DNA of 64,000 nucleotides from Trichoplax sp. H2 (Eukaryota): NCBI GenBank assembly GCA_003344405.1, contig NOWV01000195.1, positions 1 to 64,000 of the forward strand, read 5' to 3'. Shown piece by piece: positions 56,237 to 64,000 of this stretch (position 1 is its first letter; each line of letters starts with the position of its first letter). The notes under the pieces were generated by a model. It saw only the letters and a program-made list of their open reading frames with translations, ran no database searches and was not told where the DNA came from. The position numbers and the translations under genes were made by a program.

Positions 56237-57334
56237 TTAATATCTCATGCACCTAGATAAAGCTACGAAAGCTTTCTCTAACTTTCTAGTGTATATTCTA
56301 GAATTTTTTCTTCCCGTAGCTATTTTGGATTTGGCAATATTGTAGCCATTCAAACTGGCTGTGTATATAGACAAGATTTCATCGCACAAAGATTGCGTGC
56401 CTGTAGTTACGGTTCCTGTACAGAATCTGGTTCTTAAATTATGATAAGACTTATATAGTGCATAATTTTCATTTCGTTCTTTGGTAAATTTGGATATATT
56501 TTTTCGTGCAAGATAGAGCATTCTCCGATATTTACGGTAAGTTCTCAGTTCTTGCTGATAACTAGCACACCTTCTTCGCCCAAACATTCTAGACAAATCC
56601 TTTGCCTGTAGCGAAAATAAAAGGAATTGAGGCCCGATTAACGGTAATATTTCCGCTTAAGAAATAGATATTTAATGAATATCTTGAACGTACAGTATAA
56701 ATTTGATTCCTTTAGAAAATAATAAATTATGGTCATAAATTATTACAGTTGGAATCATAGACGCAATGAAATAGATTATACAGCAATAAGATGGAATAAT
56801 TGTTGTATAAAAATATAACAAAAAGTAATATCCTCATTCTGCGTCGCAAATATCATGCCTACATAAAGTATCTAATCAAACTCTTAATTTACCCCAATTA
56901 GAAGGTCTTCCTGATGCTTATTTTCACTATCACTTAGATCTTCTCCGAAGTTCTCAACTTCATCATTCATTTCAGCTTCTTTATTTTCTGTTGTTTCTGG
57001 CTCACGGTTTTCTTTTTCAATTTCAGCGCTATATTCATCTTCGTCCTCATCACTTTGATAAGAAAAATAAAGACCAGTATACTTAAGTAATGAAATATGA
57101 AAGAAACATTGTCAAATAGGTGCATCATCCTTGTACTTCTGACTACCTTTCTTGTGACCCGAAGCCGCGCTTTACTTCATTCCATTTCACATGTGGTATA
57201 TCTTCGACTGGTTTTTCACTATCGATAAAATCATAATTCTGTTGGGATCCTTCTGGTTCAACCACTGCTGCCATCGATATAACCAGAAGTTGTGCTAAAA
57301 TTGCGAAGATGCATAGTCGAGAATTTAAAGACAT
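56237..57334 (-). CDS. Uncharacterised secreted precursor (238 aa): signal peptide, acidic propeptide, cationic 4-Cys domain; exons 57334-57147, 57052-56893, 56605-56237
   Basis: GT/AG junctions with matching phases (2, then 0) join three ORF pieces. The N-terminus is hydrophobic (MSLNSRLCIFAILAQLLVISMAA), exon 2 is D/E-rich and exon 3 is K/R/Y-rich. A TATA box lies upstream and AATAAA lies downstream (56056-56051). Confidence 0.85.
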
Positions 57335-57457
57335 GATGCCTATATCAGTATTACTGAAAGAATTTCAAAAATATGTTTTTCCTTAAGAAATATTATCCTG
57401 CAATGTCCTTTCTATAAGATAACGATGAATTGAAGTGCTACTGCTCTAAATAGTTCA

Positions 57458-57465
57458 TTTATATA
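57458..57465 (-). promoter_or_regulatory. TATA box of the secreted precursor gene
   Basis: GGGTATATAAATG on the minus strand, about 125 bp upstream of ATG 57334. Confidence 0.55.
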
Positions 57466-58515
57466 CCCTGTACTCTCGCATTAAAGTATGGACGTTCATG
57501 GTTCATTAGGAATGTACTTATAGTCAGTACTCCACCTTCAATTAATGATGCTTTACAAGGAAAAACAGGTTAACATTTTGTCTTCATTAAGATTACTTTC
57601 GTATTTTTTGTAGATAGCTGTGAATGGTAGCCATTATTTTTTACTAAGAATGCAGGCTTTTGTAATCTTATTGCAGTATGAATTGAAGGGTCATAATTGC
57701 TTTCGATTTATTGTTAAATGATTCAACGCTATATAGTTGATCTTCTTATGACCAAATTAGACTATACAAGTCATTTTGGTCTACTCAAATCAGCAATGTA
57801 AGCTGCATCATGAGGTAAACTTAAATCGCAGTGCTTAATTGTATTTTCACCAGGACATTAATATTATATGTATCAGAGTATGATAACAATATAATAAGTA
57901 GCTTTTAAAATATAATATATTCACTATTCCAGGTGAATCCAATGTTGTTATCAAATCATGGCAATAAGGCGGTTTTAATATAGCATTAGTGACTATAATT
58001 GAATGGCTATGAGTTTCTTGATGCTTATCTTTCTTATTATTGGATGGCAGGCATGCTTTCTATAAATCTTTTTCACTAGGAGTTCTGGCTTTGCAAATAC
58101 CCTATAATTATCACTCAACAATACCATAACCACTAATAAGAATAGCTTTATAATGTCTCTTGAATAGTCGCCATGGCGTCAGTTAGGTAAATAGCTCGAT
58201 CAAAGAATATTTCGATAGGTAAATGACGCTATTATCCAATGGTAAAATTAACTGGGTCGGCATGACTTATCTATCATTGCTGCTAAATTGTAGAAACAGG
58301 TACACAGCTATGTAATAATAATTGCTACAGTCTGAATCTTCAAGTTACTAAAAGCTAAAATAGTAGACGCCAAAACAAGTGATTGAATAGTTTTTCCTAT
58401 TTCTTTAATTATAATTAGAAAAATATTTAGAAAGTTCCTGTTCTGTCGATGTTCAAGAACTTCATTCATTTTAGATTACATTAATTAATAATCTTATGTC
58501 CAATAAGTACAACGG

Positions 58516-59101
58516 TGTCACAACCCTCACTTGTGGCAAAGGAAAGTAAAGAACTATAGTGTAGTTACTTAAAACTTGGGCTATTTCTCCTAGTACTTTC
58601 AGTTTCTATGAGAGAAGTATTTGAGAACTCGATTTCTCGGCTGATCTCCACAGACAACTGACTAATTATTACACTATTCTTCACGATATGAGTCTTGCCG
58701 TTCTTGAGCAATTACTAACATTATTCTACAAACACACGCGCTTAAATAGGTTTCTACAGTGAATTCCAATATTAACGAGTGAGAATTCATACTTCACAAG
58801 TTACATTAATTAGTATAATACCATTACTAAATATACATGTCGATATTCTCAGACTTAGATAGCTACAAGCTATCAGGTGTTAAGACGCTTAACCTTTGTT
58901 CATATACGGCTCAATTTTTAGAGATTAACACACCTTACGAACCTACAGTAAATTAACTGTTAACAACTTATATTTCTATCTCATTTCTACCGTCCTATTA
59001 TCAGCTACAAACGCATTAAACATAGCACATAACCTTATCTTATCTATTCATAAGCATTCATTAATCAACAGTTACTTAATTAGTAATGGCGTACCGCGAC
59101 A
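58516..59101 (-). mobile_element. Solo-LTR-like element, family D (586 bp)
   Basis: On + it reads TGTCACA...GTACCGCGACA, with TSD AACGG/GACGG (1 mismatch). The terminal motifs match families B and C. Confidence 0.72.
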
Positions 59102-60753
59102 GACGGCTGCAGTCAGAATTTGCTCCTGATTAAATATTTATGCTTGCTTGGATATCTTTTATTAAACATATAATAAGGAACTCGTGTAAGAATCTCTCTT
59201 AAGATAGTTAAGAGTGAAAAATACGTTGAACTACTCATTCGTGTAATAAATTGTGTTTGATAAGGTACGAATTAATGCACTTTCTTGTTGTTTTAATTAA
59301 TGCGAATGGTGCTATTATGCAGATTATTTGCTGATTTACCAAAAAATAGCTATAATTATAACTATCCGTACAATGGCATATGAACACTATTGACTGTATT
59401 CGTGGGATTGATCACAATTAAAAGATTAATACACAATTATTAGCCGTGAAATCTGTTTATTCAAGTCAAGGTATTAAATTAGATTGAATTTATGACTAGC
59501 TAATACTATATGTGCAATAGATAACACATTTTGGCCGAAATACTTCATAATCTTCATTCTAAATGAAGTATTTAATGCTGCTTCGGTTACTTTGCTGATG
59601 AACTTTATAATTGCAATTTAGCAATTTTGTATCGCACTGACAAAAATCTATCTTTTAATTCTCGGTAAACAACTTCACTCTATCTTCTTTCTGCCAAGAT
59701 AATAGGGCTCATTAGGAATGAGGAACAAATTACTGATGTGTAAAGTAGAAAAGGAGATATTATTATATTTTCTGTATAATTAATTATTAATCCTATTGGA
59801 AATATACTCGAGATGTACTGGTATCATCATTTCACTTGAATACAGATGAACACTACCGTTTTTAAGTGAACGATTAACTCAAAGTATTCGTAAATCCCTT
59901 TTATTCAAGTTTACATTTTGAGAAGCTATCGTTGCGGAGTTGGGTAAACAAAACCCAACACTATTCTCCGCCGCTAATGATGCTTAATATATGGTAATAT
60001 AAGTAATAACATTAAGTATTCAAGAACTTAAGACAAAACGAAATCAAACGCAGTAAAATACTCATTTAGTGAAGTATCCAATTAGATTCTATTAATAAAC
60101 AGTTTATAAAGTGCAATAAAGTGTATTCAAAATATTAAAACTAGAACTAGTGTTGCAGGTAAATTTCACTTTATTACGTAAAATTGGCTCACCTAAATCT
60201 GTCGAAGACTATCTACCTTCAGTCTACAATTGTCTCGCCTATTTCAAATAAACGTATGAATTATATTAAGTTGGTTACACTATCTGCCATAAATATCACC
60301 TAAAAATAGTGAAGATACCAATAAAAACTTATAACCAATGGTATAACTTGGGCTATTTCATACAATCTTATAATTCTGGCCTTAAGCTAACTCGAGGCTG
60401 CATTGCATGAAGTCTAGAATTATATTTTCTATAAACCTCGATTTTACTTAATATTTAAAAATGCACTTAGTTGTTTTTAATAAGTGCTTGCTTTAAGAAA
60501 GCTTTCAATCATCTTAATAGAATTGATTCTTTTAGTTGTTTTCTTAATTTATGCACTCTTTTTTAAATAACTAATCATCCCTTCTCCAAATCCTATTTTA
60601 GTCGATTTCAGACGCTTAATCCATTAATTGAAAGCAATTTATTTACTTTCTACAAAGATCACTGTTAATCTATTGATGAATAAATCAAATCCTTTTCTTA
60701 CTAACAAGGATACAGTAGCTATTACTCCAGAACACTACAAATAAATAGCCCAC

Positions 60754-61283
60754 TGTTACGGTGTTATCTCACCATTTGAATAGATTTACGTAATCTTAGC
60801 TAATATGGTAGAACTGATGATAACTTGATGTTGTTGTTTACTAATTATTGTCGATATATGACCATATTATGTTAAATGGATTGTTTGACAGTATCGGTAA
60901 TATGTAATAATGATTACTATGACTTAATAGAATAATCTTATACTATCTCTTAATCGTAATCATGTGTAATGAGGTATCGAAGTTGTTCTTGTTATTGTTA
61001 CTAGTGCAAACTCCCGTCGCTTTACTGACGGTTTACGATAATGTGCTCATTTAACAGAGGTTCAGTAACTTTATACCGTACCGTGTAGACCTGTCAGAGG
61101 TTCAGTAACTTTATATCGTGTACTGTGTACAGTACTGTACTGTACTGTAATGTACTGTATGCTGTACAAATGCACGGTATATAAGTCGTCTTTACGTAAA
61201 ATAAAAAGGGCGTTTAAGTTATAAGTTTGCTTAAGGACTTTTATCTTGCGTTTCCTTGCCACAAGCAATTCCGGTTTGTGACA
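60754..61283 (+). mobile_element. Solo-LTR-like element, family E, with a nested Helitron-like insert
   Basis: Termini TGTTACGGT...TTTGTGACA with TSD CCCAC/CCCAT. TATATAA (61178) is followed by AATAAA (~61199). GGCGTTTAAGT is shared with family A. Confidence 0.7.
61001..61170 (-). mobile_element. Helitron-like 3' end with ACAGT repeats, second copy
   Basis: Reverse-complement match to 49547-49687, ending in the same hairpin plus CTAG|T. The 5' boundary is approximate. Confidence 0.62.
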
Positions 61284-62922
61284 CCCATATATGAGTTTAT
61301 TGGCAAGTTTATACCAGTACATTTACTCCTGGAATATGGATATCCATTTCGCCTTCATGAAATTTACTACGAGGAAGTTACCGAATGATCATCATCCTTA
61401 GTCGTAGTTGTTAATTTTAATACTTTTGATCGGTAGAATGATATCAATCAAAAAGATTACTAGAAAGTCATCGGTAAACATTCTTTAATCTAATTTTCTG
61501 TTTAAAAGATACTTGAGCCACTCTAGCGTAACGATTAACTCAAATGTTACAGTAAGTAATTCTGGATACTGAAGATACGATAAATGGATGCCTGTATTTT
61601 CGAAAAAAGGTCCCGCGTAATTTATTTAGAAACAGACTTCCATTTAATATTTTTTAACAGGAGCGATTTAGTATAGTAAAAATAGGGGCATCCGATTAAT
61701 CTTAATGAATGATCAGTTTAAGTCAAAGTAATTCACAAACTCCTTTGATTGTATACAGATAGGCATCCGCGCATTTGGTTTTTAATAGAGTACGAATGTC
61801 GAGAGTTTACTATTGTGAATGATTGTCTTTAAGAGTACTCGAAAATATTAAGATTTATGTTCCATAAAATCTTTTTATTGGCTTCAGGCTTTACATTTAC
61901 GAGTACGTATTAATAATTCTAATTTGTTCTAATGCTGTTAAAGATGCCACAATACATAACGATTAATCCACATCAAATAATTAACGAGCATCCGGGTATT
62001 AGTTTGTCAACGAGATATAAAATAAGTCTTTGAAAGTAAACAGAACTGCAGATTAGCTTCGTCTAAAATAAGTCCTTTCTATACGTGAATTACATTTATT
62101 GAATCATTCCATCGAGACCATCATGGATGATTGATGTGAATAATTCCTAATTATTGCACGTACTGTACGACATATTTTAACTTTTATTCATAATTATAAT
62201 AAAGAATTGATATTTATTTTCGTAATTACTATTACGCTATGACTTGACAAATATTAATAATGTCCTCTGAAAGAGCTGCTATATTGAATAATTCCTTGGC
62301 TTATAAAAGACGCTATAAATGATCTCTAGTCAGAGTACGATTTTGTAGTATAATAATATAATAGTATAGATGGAAATAATAATATCCATAGTTGACCATC
62401 CATAATCTCATTATTTTATCTAAAGGAATACAATGAAAGCTGTGCTTATAAAGTAGAATTTCGATGCTCTTTATCACTCTTGCATTCTAACAATATCAAC
62501 AGATTTCAGACTGAATACGATTTTCCCCAATCTTTTAACGACTAAGTTAATTTAAGGCCTACTGCAATGAAAGTACATGTTGCATTTTATTACAAATAAT
62601 GGACTACACTAATTGTACAAGAAGACTACTAGAAAATTGGACGTGTGCTTCCTAAATAGAGTCTTTAAGATTCATAGTTGCTGAATTCAATCCAAGGTAT
62701 TCTTCCATGGTATCAAACATAACAGTCAGTCAAATCATATACTGCAGGCAATAAAAGTCAGACAATATCTTGACCTTTACTGCGCAAAGTTTGAGTACAT
62801 ACTAAGTTGTTGTTTGTAACAATGCATGAAAGTACAATTAATTAATTGTCAAATACTTTTTAGTTTTTACTATTTTATAGTATAATCTATAGTAGTAAAG
62901 GCTGTAGTGTACTTTTATAATT

Positions 62923-63739
62923 TTATTTACAGTTGTCACGCAAGTCTTTCAACTCTTGAAAAAATTTAATTTTATCCTTTGCTGTTGGAAATGAAGCTGT
63001 TCGTGGTGAAGTTGATGGCATGACATAAATGTTGCAAGTTAGTGTCTTTCCCAAGACCGTTACATTATCTGGTTGCAATCCGTAGTTGCATTTCGATCCG
63101 GAAAAGATTTCATAAATACCTACAGTATAGTGATTCAATTAATTATTGGATGGACCGAGCTAACGTAAGAACGAGGTCTCTTTAGCGGCATACTGGATAT
63201 AATTTCAAGATAAACTAACCTTTACCATTAAAACATACAATTCGGGGTTTAAATGCTATAATCTTGTTTAATAAACCATCGATTCCATCTTTAATTTCTG
63301 TTCTGGATAAGTCAGCGTAGCTAGGTGTCGTTCTGTCAACTATATTAGTAAATCCAATGCCAAATTGGAGGCAATCAGCATCATTATCGCAAGTCAGCTT
63401 TTGGTTGATTAGTCCAGATTCAGAAAGGCAGGGCCAAAAATGATTCCTAGGATTGCCATAGTGGTGTCCGTAGGCTGCGGACCAAACACCAGGATTGATA
63501 CCTACAAATAGTAGGTCTAGATTTTGTGCTAGATAATCCGGCAATTTTAGCTTTAACACATCATCCAATGGCATACCAGCTATTGTACGAGAACGCTGCG
63601 TTTTCTTCTTCGCTTTGACAATAGCCAAGTTGGTGTTACCTTTCCGAGAAGTTGACTTTCCTTCGCCATCACTACTACATTTAGTCTTTGACGGGAGAAA
63701 GTATGGACTAACAACGACACCTTGACTCTTCTTGCCCAT
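62923..63739 (-). CDS. TDG: G/T mismatch-specific thymine/uracil DNA glycosylase (UDG family 2), exons 63739-63220 and 63119-62923
   Basis: Motifs LPDYLAQNLDLLFVGINPG, GHHYGNPRNHFW, FGIGFTNIVDRTT, VCFNGKGIYEIF and VMPSTSPR. A phase-1 GT/AG intron joins the two ORFs. Confidence 0.95.
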
Positions 63740-64000
63740 CCCAATCCAACGATAGAGAAGCGAAACTCCAGCCCAGTCTTTGTGCCAGTGATCTTCGCAT
63801 GAAGAAGAAATAAAGCAAATTAAACAGCCATTATCCTACAATGATGTATGGAGATTATTCTATTATAGTAGCGTAAAGGAAAACGTTCGATAAGCTACCT
63901 CAATACAAGATTAATTCAAAGAAACTAGTTCACACTTTAGCCAGCCATTTTGAATCCCGGATTCAACAAGCAAAACGCCTGCATGGCTGTACTGTACCTA

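Overview
AT-rich (roughly 30% GC by eye) eukaryotic, intron-containing genomic DNA. Short introns, class A GPCR genes and ACAGT/TACAG micro-repeats suggest a placozoan (Trichoplax-like) genome; this is an inference. Seven protein-coding genes were reconstructed by hand from splice sites. Three are rhodopsin-class GPCRs: two paralogues share one phase-2 intron and one is intronless. The others are a shelterin RAP1/TERF2IP homologue (BRCT-Myb-RCT), a PDZD8 homologue that appears to stop before the C1/coiled-coil region, a TDG/Mug DNA glycosylase, and an unrecognised secreted precursor (signal peptide, acidic propeptide, cationic 4-Cys helical domain). The non-coding DNA holds at least eight TG...CA solo-LTR-like elements with 5-bp target-site duplications, from five related families, all with a conserved terminal hairpin. 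There are also two Helitron-like 3' ends carrying ACAGT repeats. Two 20-N gaps are flanked by duplicated, probably allelic, sequence. No rRNA, tRNA or CRISPR array was recognised.
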